This document shows positions 45,926 through 55,805 of a stretch of 64,000 nucleotides of DNA, piece after piece. The notes below the pieces were generated by a model that was not told where the DNA came from, did not search any database, and saw only the letters and a program-made list of their open reading frames with translations. The stretch is taken from assembly GCA_019119715.1 (NCBI GenBank), contig DWWM01000042.1:75629-139628 (forward strand). The letters are read 5' to 3'. Numbering within the stretch: the stretch's first letter is position 1; every line of letters starts with the position of its first letter. Both the position numbers and the translations under genes were made by a program. The DNA is from Candidatus Merdibacter merdavium (GTDB lineage: Bacteria; Bacillota_I; Bacilli_A; Erysipelotrichales; Erysipelotrichaceae).

Positions 45926-48646
45926 ATGGATTACAAAGAGACATTGCTCATGCCTAAGACTGCGTTTGAGATGCGCGGCAAGCTTCCCAGCAAAGAGCCG
46001 AAGATCCAGGAACGCTGGCATGAGGGAAAGCTGTACGAAAAGATGCTGAAGAACAGAGAGGGCGCGAAGCCGTTCGTGCTGCATGATGGCCCTCCCTACG
46101 CCAACGGCGACATTCATATCGGCCATGCGCTGAACAAGATCATCAAGGATGTGATCGTGCGTTCACACTATATGAATGGATATTATACGCCATATATCCC
46201 CGGGTGGGACACACATGGCCTGCCGATCGAAACGGCCATCACCAAGCTGGGATATGACCGCAAGAAGATGCCGTTAGCGGATTTCCGCGCGCTTTGTTAC
46301 GACTATGCGATGAAGCAGGTGGAAAATCAGAAAAATGGCTTTTTGTCTCTGGGATGCGTGGGGGATTATGATGCTCCTTACATCACGCTGAAAAAAGAAT
46401 TTGAGGCCAGCCAGATCCGCATCTTTGGCAAGATGGCGATGGATGGCCTGATCTATAAAGGCCTCAAGCCGGTATACTGGTCTCCTTCCTCAGAATCAGC
46501 GCTGGCCGAAGCGGAGATCGAATATCACGATATCAAGAGCCCGACCATTTTCGTCGCTTTCCGCGTCAAGGATGGCAAAGGCATCCTTGATACAGATACG
46601 AGCTTCATCATCTGGACGACGACGCCATGGACGATCCCGGCCAACCTGGCGATCTGTCTGAATAAGGGTTTCACCTATGCGCTGGTAGACAGTGAAAAAG
46701 GCAAGTTCATCGTGCTCGAGGAACTTGTGGATCAGCTCTGGGAGAAGTTTGGCCTGCAGCGCAAAGAGATCCTGAACACATACAAGGGATCACAGCTGGA
46801 GATGATCACCTGTCAGCATCCGCTGTATGACCGCGAATCACTGATCATCTTGGGCGATCACGTTACGGCCGATGCCGGTACCGGCTGTGTGCATACCGCA
46901 CCGGGATTTGGTGCAGATGACTTCTTTGTCTGCCAGAAATATGGCATCGATGCATATTGCAACGTCGATGAACATGGCTGCATGATGGAAGACTGCGGCG
47001 AATGGCTGGCGGGACAGTATGTGGATGATGCCAACAAGACCGTGACGATGAAGCTCGATGAGCTGGGCTGCCTCCTTAAGCTGGAGTGGATCACCCATGC
47101 CTATCCGCATGACTGGCGCACGAAGAAACCGATCATCTTCCGCGCGACCACCCAGTGGTTTGCTTCTATCGACAAGATCCGCGATACGCTGCTGGATGAG
47201 ATCGATAAAGTGGATTGGATCCCGTCCTGGGGCAAACAGCGCATGCACAATATGATCGCAGACCGTTCTGACTGGTGCATCTCGCGTCAGCGTGCCTGGG
47301 GCGTGCCGATCCCGATCTTCTATGCGCAAGATGATACGCCGATCATGGACGAACAGGTGTTTGCCCATGTGGCCGATCTGTTTGAACAGTACGGTTCAAA
47401 CGTGTGGTTCGAGCGTGAGGCAAAGGATCTGCTTCCCGAAGGATATACGCATCCTGCCTCTCCGGATGGCATCTTCCGCAAAGAGACAGATACGATGGAC
47501 GTATGGTTTGACTCAGGATCTTCACATACCGGCGCGATGATCGCGCGCGGCCTTGGTTATCCGGCTGATCTGTACTTTGAGGGCAGCGATCAGTATCGCG
47601 GATGGTTCAACTCTTCGCTGATCGTCGGCACTGCCGTACATGGAAAAGCGCCTTACCGTCAGGTGCTCAGCCATGGCTTCGTCATGGATGAGAATGGCGA
47701 AAAGATGAGCAAGTCGCGCGGCAATACCGTTTCACCGAAAGAGGTCACGAAAAAGTTTGGTGCGGATATCCTGCGTCTGTGGGCGACCAGCATCGACTAT
47801 CAGGCCGACTGCCGCATCGGTGATAACATCATCAAACAGTGCGCGGATACGTATCGAAAAGTGCGCAATACTTTCCGTTTCCTGCTGGCCAATGTCGGTG
47901 ACTTTACCAAAGCAGATCTGCAGGACAGCGCGACGTTGCCGATGAGCGATCAGTACATGATCGCGCTGCTGCATTCGGTCAATGAGAAGGCAAAGAAAGC
48001 CTATATGGAATATCGTTTCGCAGACGTGGTCACTTCACTGACAAATTTGATGACCAATGAGTTCTCGGCTTACTATCTCGATTACACTAAGGATATCCTA
48101 TATATTGAGAAGCAGGATTCACTGCGCCGACGTCAGGTACAGAGCGTATTGTATACCGCGCTGGATGTGCTGGTCCACCTGTGGGCACCGATCCTCTGTC
48201 ATACTTGTGAAGAGATCAATGACATCATGCATTTTGATGAAGAGAGCGTGCACCTTGGCGCATTTGCCGACGCAGCCGTTTCCTTCGACGCTGATGCTGT
48301 GGTCAAGAAGATGGAGCGGCTGCTGCAGATCCGCAGCGACATCTTTAAGGCTTTAGAAAATGCCCGCAGCGAAAAGACGATCGGTAAATCACTGGAAGCT
48401 CATGTGACGCTGCAGGTCAGCGCAGAGGATCACGCGCTCATCGAGGAAGTGTTCCCGGATACGTTCCATCAGTGGCTGATCGTTTCCAAGGTATCATTTA
48501 CTGATGCTCAGCTGCCGGCTTATGAAGTCTGCGGCGTGCAGGTAGAAAAGTGTGAAGGCACTGTCTGTCCGCGTTGCTGGAATATTACTGATTCAGACGC
48601 AGAAGACGGGCTCTGCGCACGCTGTGCCCACGTATTGGCTGAATAA
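45926..48646 (+). CDS. ileS: isoleucine--tRNA ligase
   Basis: HIGH region PYANGDIHIGHAL, KMSKS region KMSKSRGN, and a C-terminal zinc finger CPRCW...CARC. ATG 45926 follows AAGGAGGA. Confidence 0.97.
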   Translation: MDYKETLLMPKTAFEMRGKLPSKEPKIQERWHEGKLYEKMLKNREGAKPFVLHDGPPYANGDIHIGHALNKIIKDVIVRSHYMNGYYTPYIPGWDTHGLPIETAITKLGYDRKKMPLADFRALCYDYAMKQVENQKNGFLSLGCVGDYDAPYITLKKEFEASQIRIFGKMAMDGLIYKGLKPVYWSPSSESALAEAEIEYHDIKSPTIFVAFRVKDGKGILDTDTSFIIWTTTPWTIPANLAICLNKGFTYALVDSEKGKFIVLEELVDQLWEKFGLQRKEILNTYKGSQLEMITCQHPLYDRESLIILGDHVTADAGTGCVHTAPGFGADDFFVCQKYGIDAYCNVDEHGCMMEDCGEWLAGQYVDDANKTVTMKLDELGCLLKLEWITHAYPHDWRTKKPIIFRATTQWFASIDKIRDTLLDEIDKVDWIPSWGKQRMHNMIADRSDWCISRQRAWGVPIPIFYAQDDTPIMDEQVFAHVADLFEQYGSNVWFEREAKDLLPEGYTHPASPDGIFRKETDTMDVWFDSGSSHTGAMIARGLGYPADLYFEGSDQYRGWFNSSLIVGTAVHGKAPYRQVLSHGFVMDENGEKMSKSRGNTVSPKEVTKKFGADILRLWATSIDYQADCRIGDNIIKQCADTYRKVRNTFRFLLANVGDFTKADLQDSATLPMSDQYMIALLHSVNEKAKKAYMEYRFADVVTSLTNLMTNEFSAYYLDYTKDILYIEKQDSLRRRQVQSVLYTALDVLVHLWAPILCHTCEEINDIMHFDEESVHLGAFADAAVSFDADAVVKKMERLLQIRSDIFKALENARSEKTIGKSLEAHVTLQVSAEDHALIEEVFPDTFHQWLIVSKVSFTDAQLPAYEVCGVQVEKCEGTVCPRCWNITDSDAEDGLCARCAHVLAE

Positions 48647-48653
48647 GAGAAGA

Positions 48654-48683
48654 AAAGGATGCGAACGACAAGCATCCTTTTTG
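48654..48683 (+). terminator. rho-independent terminator after ileS
   Basis: AAAGGATGC-GAACGACAA-GCATCCTTT followed by TTG. Confidence 0.7.
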
Positions 48684-48728
48684 TTGCGTCAGGATAAAGA
48701 ACCGATTATAATGAGCGGGGTGATGAAT

Positions 48729-49622
48729 ATGAACGATTTTGATCTTCACATGCATTCTTGTTACAGCAAGGACGGGGAATTTACACCTGTTCAGCTGATC
48801 GAGATTGCCAGACAGCGCGGTCTCGATCTGGTCGCATTGTCGGACCATGACTGCATGCGCGGCATCGATGAGATGATGGAAGCAGGAAGCAGAGCCGGGA
48901 TCCAGGTCATCCCTGCCATCGAGTTTACGACATTGTTTGGCGGCAGCCAGGAATGTCATCTGCTGGGCTATGGAATCGACCACCATCAGCCTTATTTTGA
49001 AGCTTTGCCAGATCATGTGCAGCAGCTGATGGATGAGGCATTCCATCAGCGTGTGTGCAAGCTGGAAGAGCATTACCACATTCACATCGATGAGCAGCAG
49101 GTCCTCCATGATGCTGGAGATGAGAATCCCTGGTTCCTGATGTGCGAGCGCATGTTCGCTGATCCGGCTAATGCGCATATCCGCGATTTTGATGCCTATC
49201 GCAAAGGCGGTAGCCGCAGTGATCCGGCGCCGGTGAATTTCTTCTGGGATAAATGTCAGGCCGGCAGCCCGCTGTATGTGCATGTCGAATATCCCTCGTT
49301 TGCATCAGCGGTAAAACGGATCCATGACGCTGGCGGGCTCGCCGTGCTTGCTCATCCCTTCCAGACATTCTATGAACAGGAAGATCTGCTTCAGCAGGCC
49401 ATCGATGATGGCATTGACGGCATTGAGGCCTTCAGCAATTATCATGAAGAGAAGCATAACCATTATTATGCGGATTTTGCCCGCAGACACGGCTTGTTGA
49501 TCACCTGCGGCAGCGATTTCCATGGCAAACACAAGCCGAGCATAAAGATGGGCGAGTATGGCGCCGACATTCCCCATGCGCAAGCGATCCGTACAAAATT
49601 TCTGAATGCGTTGAATAAATAA
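48729..49622 (+). CDS. PHP-domain phosphoesterase
   Basis: DLHMHSCYSKDGE, ALSDHD and GSDFHG motifs. ATG 48729 is preferred, after GGGGTGA. In-frame ATGs at 48711 and 48723 are also possible. Confidence 0.75.
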   Translation: MNDFDLHMHSCYSKDGEFTPVQLIEIARQRGLDLVALSDHDCMRGIDEMMEAGSRAGIQVIPAIEFTTLFGGSQECHLLGYGIDHHQPYFEALPDHVQQLMDEAFHQRVCKLEEHYHIHIDEQQVLHDAGDENPWFLMCERMFADPANAHIRDFDAYRKGGSRSDPAPVNFFWDKCQAGSPLYVHVEYPSFASAVKRIHDAGGLAVLAHPFQTFYEQEDLLQQAIDDGIDGIEAFSNYHEEKHNHYYADFARRHGLLITCGSDFHGKHKPSIKMGEYGADIPHAQAIRTKFLNALNK

Positions 49623-49852
49623 CAAGCGGCTGGATCTTTTATCATTGAGGTCCAGCCGTTCTGTATATCAATGATAGAAGCCTGCTCATAACAAGCGAAA
49701 AGTGATCATGAACATTCGCTTTGGGCAGATCGAAAAAACAATAGATAAGCTGTTCAGGAGATCGACAGCTCGCATTGTAAGGAATATGCGCATCACTGAC
49801 TCAGCAGATATTGCAAAAGCAATATATCATAAGGGAGCGGTTTCATGACATA

Positions 49853-49880
49853 TTGACAAACCGAAAGAAAGTGAGATAAT
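49853..49880 (+). promoter_or_regulatory. sigma-A type promoter inside the low-GC islet
   Basis: TTGACA-16-GATAAT. Confidence 0.4.
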
Positions 49881-50038
49881 GGTGCAAAATGATACCCTAA
49901 ACAAAGGCGGCATAAGATTTAAATCATAAAAAGACAAAATCTGAATGATGATTTCCATAGGGAAGAGCGTGGATCATCAGATCAGAATGGTATGCTAAGG
50001 ATCAGGTCATTTTTCATAAAAAGAAGGTGATGCCGTTT

Positions 50039-50272
50039 ATGGTAGTTTTGAAAAATATTACGAAAACAAAAGATAGCATATCCGCAAATTATTATCCAGA
50101 AGGGGACATGAATAAAGAAGGGTTCATGAAAATGAGCATCCCGAATAAAAAGATCATCGAACACAAAAAGGCAGTCGAATGTTCAACTGCTCCTGTTCAT
50201 GCTATGTACGAATTGAGAAGGATGGCAGACAGAGAGAATCCGCCGAAAGAAATAACGGTGCTGTGGTATTGA
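50039..50272 (+). CDS. hypothetical small protein (77 aa)
   Basis: ATG 50039 lies 8 nt after AAGGTGA. The translation MVVLKNITKTKDSISANYYPEG ... PPKEITVLWY resembles small accessory-element proteins I recall only vaguely. Confidence 0.4.
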   Translation: MVVLKNITKTKDSISANYYPEGDMNKEGFMKMSIPNKKIIEHKKAVECSTAPVHAMYELRRMADRENPPKEITVLWY

Positions 50273-50380
50273 CCATATGAATTGATGGGATCATGCAGCG
50301 CTTGAAGACTATCTGCGCTTGATACTAAGGTATCCGCGAATGATGCAGGGAATTGATCGATATGAACAGTTTGTAACTCC

Positions 50381-50560
50381 ATGACCTCATTCCAGACTGT
50401 GGACGCAATTTCTTGCACAATGCAATGTGTGACAAGAATCAGTTTCCAATTTGAGGAGGGTTGGTACCGCATCATTGATGAAACGGGTGAGGACTGCCTT
50501 TATCCACCGGATGATTTCATCATCATAAAGATCATTTCAGATGTTTCAGGATCACGCTGA
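50381..50560 (+). CDS. hypothetical small protein (59 aa, below the ORF-track cutoff)
   Basis: Hand translation: MTSFQTVDAISCTMQCVTRISFQFEEGWYRIIDETGEDCLYPPDDFIIIKIISDVSGSR. Its ATG overlaps the TGA of a stop-interrupted upstream frame. Confidence 0.3.
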   Translation: MTSFQTVDAISCTMQCVTRISFQFEEGWYRIIDETGEDCLYPPDDFIIIKIISDVSGSR

Positions 50561-50575
50561 ATAGAAGATGGGGTG

Positions 50576-50827
50576 ATGAAGATGAGGGAAGAAAGCTATA
50601 TGGGAATGAACGAACAAGAAATACAGTTTGTCAAAAATCATATAGAGCATGCAGATGATATCCTGAATTCGAAGGATTATGAGGGACTGCTGATGGCATT
50701 GCTGGACTATACGACATTTTTATTGATGGATACAGATGATGTGCCTGATGAGGTCCGTTTTGCGGAGCAAATCGCTGATCAAGTGGTCACAGCGAAAAGA
50801 CAAGACCAGCATGATCAAACTTTTTAA
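50576..50827 (+). CDS. hypothetical acidic helical small protein (83 aa)
   Basis: Lies in ORF 50573..50827. A GGGGTGA SD is present. The start could be 50576 or 50582. I recognise no motif. Confidence 0.35.
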   Translation: MKMREESYMGMNEQEIQFVKNHIEHADDILNSKDYEGLLMALLDYTTFLLMDTDDVPDEVRFAEQIADQVVTAKRQDQHDQTF

Positions 50828-50851
50828 ATAGAAAAAAGGCGATCGCCTCTT

Positions 50852-51991
50852 TTATGATATCTGCACTGCTTCGTAAAGGGCTTCGGTCGTGATGATGGTA
50901 TAGCCTTGTGAGGTGAAGGTATGCTCACTTTGCGGGATGTCTTCGCTTTCATCAAAGACCCAAAGCGCCTGAGCGTGGATGCCTTGTTCTTCAAGGACAT
51001 CAAGATATTGCAGCCCATCTTCGTAGGAGAGGGTAAACAGCGTAGTGGAGATGCAGTCGGCCATCGTGCTGTCATCGCAGACGACCGTAACGGCGCGGCA
51101 ATAGCGGGGCGGATACAGGGTGAGCGGATCGATGATATGCGCGTAGCGTTCACCGTCTGCTTCGTAGTAGCGCTGATAGTCGCCGCTGGTCACGATGGCA
51201 TGAGAACCATTCAGCTCGAGGACAGCGAGGGTGCTGTCACTGAGGTCCGCGGGCATCTGTACGCCGACGCGCCATGCGCTTCCATCGCTTTTGGACCCGA
51301 TGGTGACGACGTTTCCGCCGGCGTTGAGTATGGCGCCATTCACGCCTCGCTCTTCCAGTTCGCGCTTGACTTGTTCCACGGCATATCCTTTGGCGATGCC
51401 GCCCAGATCGATGGATACATCTGGATCGGTGATCGTCACTTCGTTGTTTTGCTCATCGATCTCTATCGCGTCCCAGCTCTGCGGATTATACGCTTCCTGT
51501 AAAGTGCGCTCATCGGGGAGTTCGCCGTCTTCTCCGGCCTCGTTTTGCGCGATGCCTTTCTCGCGGTATTCGTGCCAGACTTCCAGCAGGGTGCCCTGAC
51601 TGGCGTCAAAGTGTGGGCTGTAGCTAGTAAAGGTGCGGGCGGTGCGCAGGCAGTCGATCAGTGAGTCATCTACGATGACCCCGTGATCGCCGGCAGCGTC
51701 ATTGATGGTCTTGAGATTGTTTACGCTATCGTAATCCTGGTAGCGGTCAAACAGCTGATTATAATAAAGAAAGCGTTCGCGGATGAATGCGATGTTCTCA
51801 TTGAATTCTGCTTCGCTCCCGCCTTGGGAATAGGTGACGAAAGTGTCGAATCCAACATCGGTCAGGGTCTGTTGATGTGTGCCTGAGGAGGCTGAACGGT
51901 TCGTGAGCGCAAAGTAAAAGGCAGCGATCAGAAGCAGGAAACAAAGCGCGAGCGCGATCCAGGAACGGATGTGATTGTTATTCTCTTTCAT
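50852..51991 (-). CDS. apbE: FAD:protein FMN transferase (ApbE family)
   Basis: N-terminal TM anchor with DLGGIAKGYA, VTSGDYQRY and AHIIDP motifs. Start taken at MKENN (AGGTGA 5 nt upstream). The ORF track extends to 52000. Confidence 0.85.
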   Translation of the reverse strand: MKENNNHIRSWIALALCFLLLIAAFYFALTNRSASSGTHQQTLTDVGFDTFVTYSQGGSEAEFNENIAFIRERFLYYNQLFDRYQDYDSVNNLKTINDAAGDHGVIVDDSLIDCLRTARTFTSYSPHFDASQGTLLEVWHEYREKGIAQNEAGEDGELPDERTLQEAYNPQSWDAIEIDEQNNEVTITDPDVSIDLGGIAKGYAVEQVKRELEERGVNGAILNAGGNVVTIGSKSDGSAWRVGVQMPADLSDSTLAVLELNGSHAIVTSGDYQRYYEADGERYAHIIDPLTLYPPRYCRAVTVVCDDSTMADCISTTLFTLSYEDGLQYLDVLEEQGIHAQALWVFDESEDIPQSEHTFTSQGYTIITTEALYEAVQIS

Positions 51992-52100
51992 TGGCATCAC
52001 CTATCTATTTATTATAAGGAAAACTGATGAAAAATATAGGGAAACGCAGTCAGAATGATGAAAAAAAAGAGCATTTCTGGTTTTAATATAAATTTAACAG

Positions 52101-52109
52101 TGTTATAAT
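52101..52109 (+). promoter_or_regulatory. extended -10 element upstream of rnfC
   Basis: TGTTATAAT lies 50 nt upstream of ATG 52159, in an AT-rich divergent region. Confidence 0.4.
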
Positions 52110-52158
52110 AGCATTGATTTGACATGAAAATGTTAAAAGAAAGGAATGGTGAAACACC

Positions 52159-53451
52159 ATGTCATTGTTACTGGGACCAATGCGTCAGCACATTCCTGGC
52201 TTCAAGGAAATGACAGAACATAAGGCTGTCATCACGGTGAAACCAGGGAATCAGGTCTTCATCCCTCTTTATGCCAGTCATTCACAGAACTTTGAATTAC
52301 TGGTAAAGGAAGGGGACCATGTCTGCGCAGGAACAAAGGTGGCAGAATGCTCGGATCGGATGTGTATTCCGATTTATTCCAGTGTCTCTGGTGTCGTAAA
52401 GGGGACACAGAAGATCATGCATGCTTCGCTCAAGCCAGTCATGCATCTGGTCATCGAACCAGACGGTGAGCAGGAGCGAGTTACTTCTTTTGCGCCGATC
52501 GATCCGGATCAGGCGACAGTAGAAGAACTGATCGAATTTATGAAAAACGCAGGCATCGTCGGCTGCGGCGGCGCTTGTTTTCCGGCATATGTGAAGTATC
52601 AGTCCGCGAAGAATATCGAGAAGCTGATCATCAATGCAGTAGAGTGTGAACCGTATATCACGGCAGATTATAAGATGGTCAGCGAGCATTTGGATGAGCT
52701 CATGCTGGGCACCCGTGTGATGAAGCGCATGGCCGGCGCGCAGGAAGCGCTCATCGCGATCAAAGTTTCGCATCCTGATCTGATCGAACAGGTAAAGGGC
52801 GCGTGTGCTTCTGTGGAGGGCGTTGAGGTCGCGGCGGTACCGGATGTCTATCCGATGGGCTGGGAGCGCGTGTTGGTGCGCGAGCTCATGCATCGTGAAT
52901 ATGAAAAGCTTCCTGCGGAAGCGGGAGCTGTCGTAAACAATGCAACGACGGCCATTGCGTTTGCCCGGGCGCTTCGTCATGGTGAACCGATCATGGAGAA
53001 GACGGTGACGGTCTCTGGTGATGGCGTGAAGGAACCGGTGAATGTCCGTGTCCCGGTCGGCGTGCCGGTCAGCGAGATCATCGCGGCTTGCGGCGGGTAT
53101 ACTGCACAGGAAGTAAAGCTCATTGCCGGGGGACCGATGATGGGCAAGACGATCGTCAATGACAAATGGGTCGTCGACCGTGCGACCAACGCGGTCACTG
53201 TGCTGCTGAACAAGCCTTTTGACAGTGTCGCTTGTCTGCGCTGCGGCAAATGCAGCGATCATTGCCCGGCCGGACTGCAGCCAGTGCGCATCGCACAGGC
53301 AGTGAAGGTCAACGACCGGGACGCGATGATGAAGCGCTGCGCGCTGGATTGCATCGAGTGCGGATTATGTACTTATGTATGTCCTTCCCGTCTTGATGTG
53401 ACAGAGAATGTACGCAAGGCCAAGCGTGCTCTGATGGCCGCAAGAAAGTAG
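52159..53451 (+). CDS. rnfC: Rnf complex subunit C
   Basis: NADH/FMN-site GCGGACFPAYVKY and two ferredoxin motifs, CLRCGKCSDHCP and CIECGLCTYVCP. Confidence 0.9.
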   Translation: MSLLLGPMRQHIPGFKEMTEHKAVITVKPGNQVFIPLYASHSQNFELLVKEGDHVCAGTKVAECSDRMCIPIYSSVSGVVKGTQKIMHASLKPVMHLVIEPDGEQERVTSFAPIDPDQATVEELIEFMKNAGIVGCGGACFPAYVKYQSAKNIEKLIINAVECEPYITADYKMVSEHLDELMLGTRVMKRMAGAQEALIAIKVSHPDLIEQVKGACASVEGVEVAAVPDVYPMGWERVLVRELMHREYEKLPAEAGAVVNNATTAIAFARALRHGEPIMEKTVTVSGDGVKEPVNVRVPVGVPVSEIIAACGGYTAQEVKLIAGGPMMGKTIVNDKWVVDRATNAVTVLLNKPFDSVACLRCGKCSDHCPAGLQPVRIAQAVKVNDRDAMMKRCALDCIECGLCTYVCPSRLDVTENVRKAKRALMAARK

Positions 53452-53462
53452 GGGGTCCTGAA

Positions 53463-54617
53463 ATGAAATTCACATTTAACGTATCGCCGAACCTGCGTCA
53501 GCCTCAGAGCACGAAACGTATCATGTTCGAGCTGATGCTTGGTCTGGCGGCTGTTTATCTTTTTGCTTTGGTCTATTATTATACCGCTTATGGCATGCGC
53601 TATGCGCTGCAGGCGCTGCTGCTGCTGGCGGTCGCGGTGATCGTGGCACTGGTGAGCGAGACGGTATTTGCGCTTGTGCTGAAGAAGAATGTCAAAAGTT
53701 ATCTGAGCTCTTCTTTCGGCTGGATCACTGCCATCATCCTTACCATGATGTGCACGATCGATATCTCGCCTTACGCCTTGGGTGTGGCCACGTTCTTCAG
53801 CATCTTCTTCGGCAAGCTGCTGTTTGGCGGCTTCGGTCAGAATATCTTCAATCCGGCCGCGTTCGGCCGTGCGATCGTATTTAATGCGTTCATGGGCGCG
53901 GTGGTCAGTGATGTGGCGACGGCCGCGACACCGGTAACCACCATGGCCAATACGTTTAATTGGATGCCGGGAACCAGCGAGACTGCTGCGCAGATGCTCG
54001 ATCAGGTCGGCGGCATCGGGGCGCTGCTGACTGGCTGGCATCCGGGCGCGATCGGTGAGACATGCGGTATCCTGATCTTGATCGTCGGCGCCATCCTGGC
54101 CTGGCGGCAGGTCATCGACTGGCGCGTGCCGGTGGTCTATCTGCTGACGATCGCTGTGCTCGCCGCCGCGGCTGCGTTGATTGGCGGAGCGGCCAGCTAT
54201 GAAGGTGTTCCAGGTTTCCTCTGGTATCCGCTCATCCATGTGTTCAGCGGCGGAGTGATCTTCGGTGCGGTCTTCATGCTAACGGATCCGGTCACGAGCC
54301 CGACGAGCGCGCAGGGCCGGGTGCTCTTTGCGATGGGCGCTGGCATCCTGACGATGCTCATCCGTCTGAAGGCCAATTTGCCTGAGGGCTGTCTGTATTC
54401 GATCTTGCTCATGAACATGATGACGCCGCTGATCGAATCGGCTCTGGATGGCAAGCAGCTGGCGGTGCGGGCACGTGCCCGTAAGGCCATTGCCGGGCTG
54501 GCTATCATCGGTCTGGCGGTAACGGTACTTGCCGCAAGCACCGTTACGCCGGTAAATGAGATCAGCTCGGCGACATCAGAATCCACATCAGAAGTGACGG
54601 GAGGCGATGCATCATGA
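53463..54617 (+). CDS. rnfD: Rnf complex subunit D
   Basis: Polytopic NqrB/RnfD-type protein with the flavinylation region LTDPVTSPTS. Confidence 0.9.
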   Translation: MKFTFNVSPNLRQPQSTKRIMFELMLGLAAVYLFALVYYYTAYGMRYALQALLLLAVAVIVALVSETVFALVLKKNVKSYLSSSFGWITAIILTMMCTIDISPYALGVATFFSIFFGKLLFGGFGQNIFNPAAFGRAIVFNAFMGAVVSDVATAATPVTTMANTFNWMPGTSETAAQMLDQVGGIGALLTGWHPGAIGETCGILILIVGAILAWRQVIDWRVPVVYLLTIAVLAAAAALIGGAASYEGVPGFLWYPLIHVFSGGVIFGAVFMLTDPVTSPTSAQGRVLFAMGAGILTMLIRLKANLPEGCLYSILLMNMMTPLIESALDGKQLAVRARARKAIAGLAIIGLAVTVLAASTVTPVNEISSATSESTSEVTGGDAS

Positions 54618-55129
54618 AGAAGATCATTCATCTGACGCTCTTTCTGGCGATCGTTTCCGCTATTGCCGGCGGAGCGCTGGCCTTCGCTAACCAGATCACA
54701 CAGCCGATCATCACTGCCAATGCGGAAGCTGCAGAAAAAGAAAGCCTGATCGAGTTATTCCCGGGATCCAGCGAGTCGGACTTTGAGCAAATCGAATATG
54801 ACGGGGATTCCAAAACGATACAGAAGATCTATCAATATAAGGATGAAGCGCTTGTCTTCAGCATGTCGGTCAGCGGCTACAGCGAGGGCACTACATTCCT
54901 GGTGGCAATCGATGAGCAGGGGATGGTCGTCAACTATAAAGGCATGACCAACGGTGATACGAGCGGTCTGGGCACTCGGGTGCTGGATGACGAAGACTTC
55001 ATCAACGGATTGATCGGTCATGACGCGTCCGGCGAGCTGGATACTATCTCTGGCGCGACCATTTCCAGCCGGGCAGTCGTGGATGGTATCAATGAAGCGG
55101 CACAGGTCGCCGCTTCCATGAGAGAATAG
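54614..55129 (+). CDS. rnfG: Rnf complex subunit G
   Basis: N-terminal TM anchor and FMN-attachment motif ISGATISSRAV. The ATGA overlaps rnfD. Confidence 0.9.
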   Translation: MKKIIHLTLFLAIVSAIAGGALAFANQITQPIITANAEAAEKESLIELFPGSSESDFEQIEYDGDSKTIQKIYQYKDEALVFSMSVSGYSEGTTFLVAIDEQGMVVNYKGMTNGDTSGLGTRVLDDEDFINGLIGHDASGELDTISGATISSRAVVDGINEAAQVAASMRE

Positions 55130-55142
55130 GAGGCGGGATCAT

Positions 55143-55802
55143 ATGGATCGAAAGAAAAACTTTACCGCCGGTTTCCTGCGTGAAAATCCGGTATTCTCTT
55201 TGTATCTTGGACTTTGTTCTACCTTGGCGATCACCACGACGCTCAACAACGCGATCGGCATGGGCGTAGCGGTCATCGCGGTGCTCATCCTTTCTAATGT
55301 GATCATCTCGCTGATTCGCAACATCACGCCCAACGAGATCCGCATCCCGGTGTATATCGTCGTGATCGCGGCGTTGGTCAAGGTCATTCAGATGCTCATT
55401 CAGGCGTATGCGCCGGCACTGGATGAATCACTTGGCACGTTCATTCCTTTGATCGTCGTGAACTGTATCATTCTGGGCCGCGCGGAAGCTTTTGCTTCTA
55501 AGAATGGGGTCCTTGATTCAGCGCTCGACGGCCTGGGCATGGGACTTGGCTATACATGTTCGATCGTGCTGATGTCATTGATCCGCGAGATCCTTTCCAC
55601 CGGCATGATCTCATTTACCAATCCTTTTGATGCGGCGCAGGTGCTCTTTGAGTTCCGGCTGATTCCTGAAGATTATGTCATTTCGCTGTTTTCACAGCCA
55701 TTCGGCGCATTCTGCACATTCGCCTGTCTGGCGGCGGCGCTGGCTGCGTATAAAGATCGCCAGGCAAAGAAGCAGGCTGCGGCCGCAAAGGAGGGCAAGT
55801 AA
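55143..55802 (+). CDS. rnfE: Rnf complex subunit E
   Basis: NqrD/RnfE-type sequence: ENPVFSLYLGLCSTLAITT ... IVVNCIILGRAEAFA. Confidence 0.9.
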   Translation: MDRKKNFTAGFLRENPVFSLYLGLCSTLAITTTLNNAIGMGVAVIAVLILSNVIISLIRNITPNEIRIPVYIVVIAALVKVIQMLIQAYAPALDESLGTFIPLIVVNCIILGRAEAFASKNGVLDSALDGLGMGLGYTCSIVLMSLIREILSTGMISFTNPFDAAQVLFEFRLIPEDYVISLFSQPFGAFCTFACLAAALAAYKDRQAKKQAAAAKEGK

Positions 55803-55805
55803 ATC

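Noticed and set aside
50197-50475. A 92-aa minus-strand ORF in the low-GC islet.
   Set aside because: It has no SD, runs antisense to the better-supported plus-strand small ORFs, and overlaps their ends. I keep it only as an alternative if the plus-strand ORFs fail validation.
50833-50856. The palindrome AGGCGATCGCCT between the islet and apbE, as a bidirectional terminator.
   Set aside because: The stem is only 3-4 bp with a 4-nt loop and bulged flanking A/T pairs. That is too weak to call a terminator with confidence.
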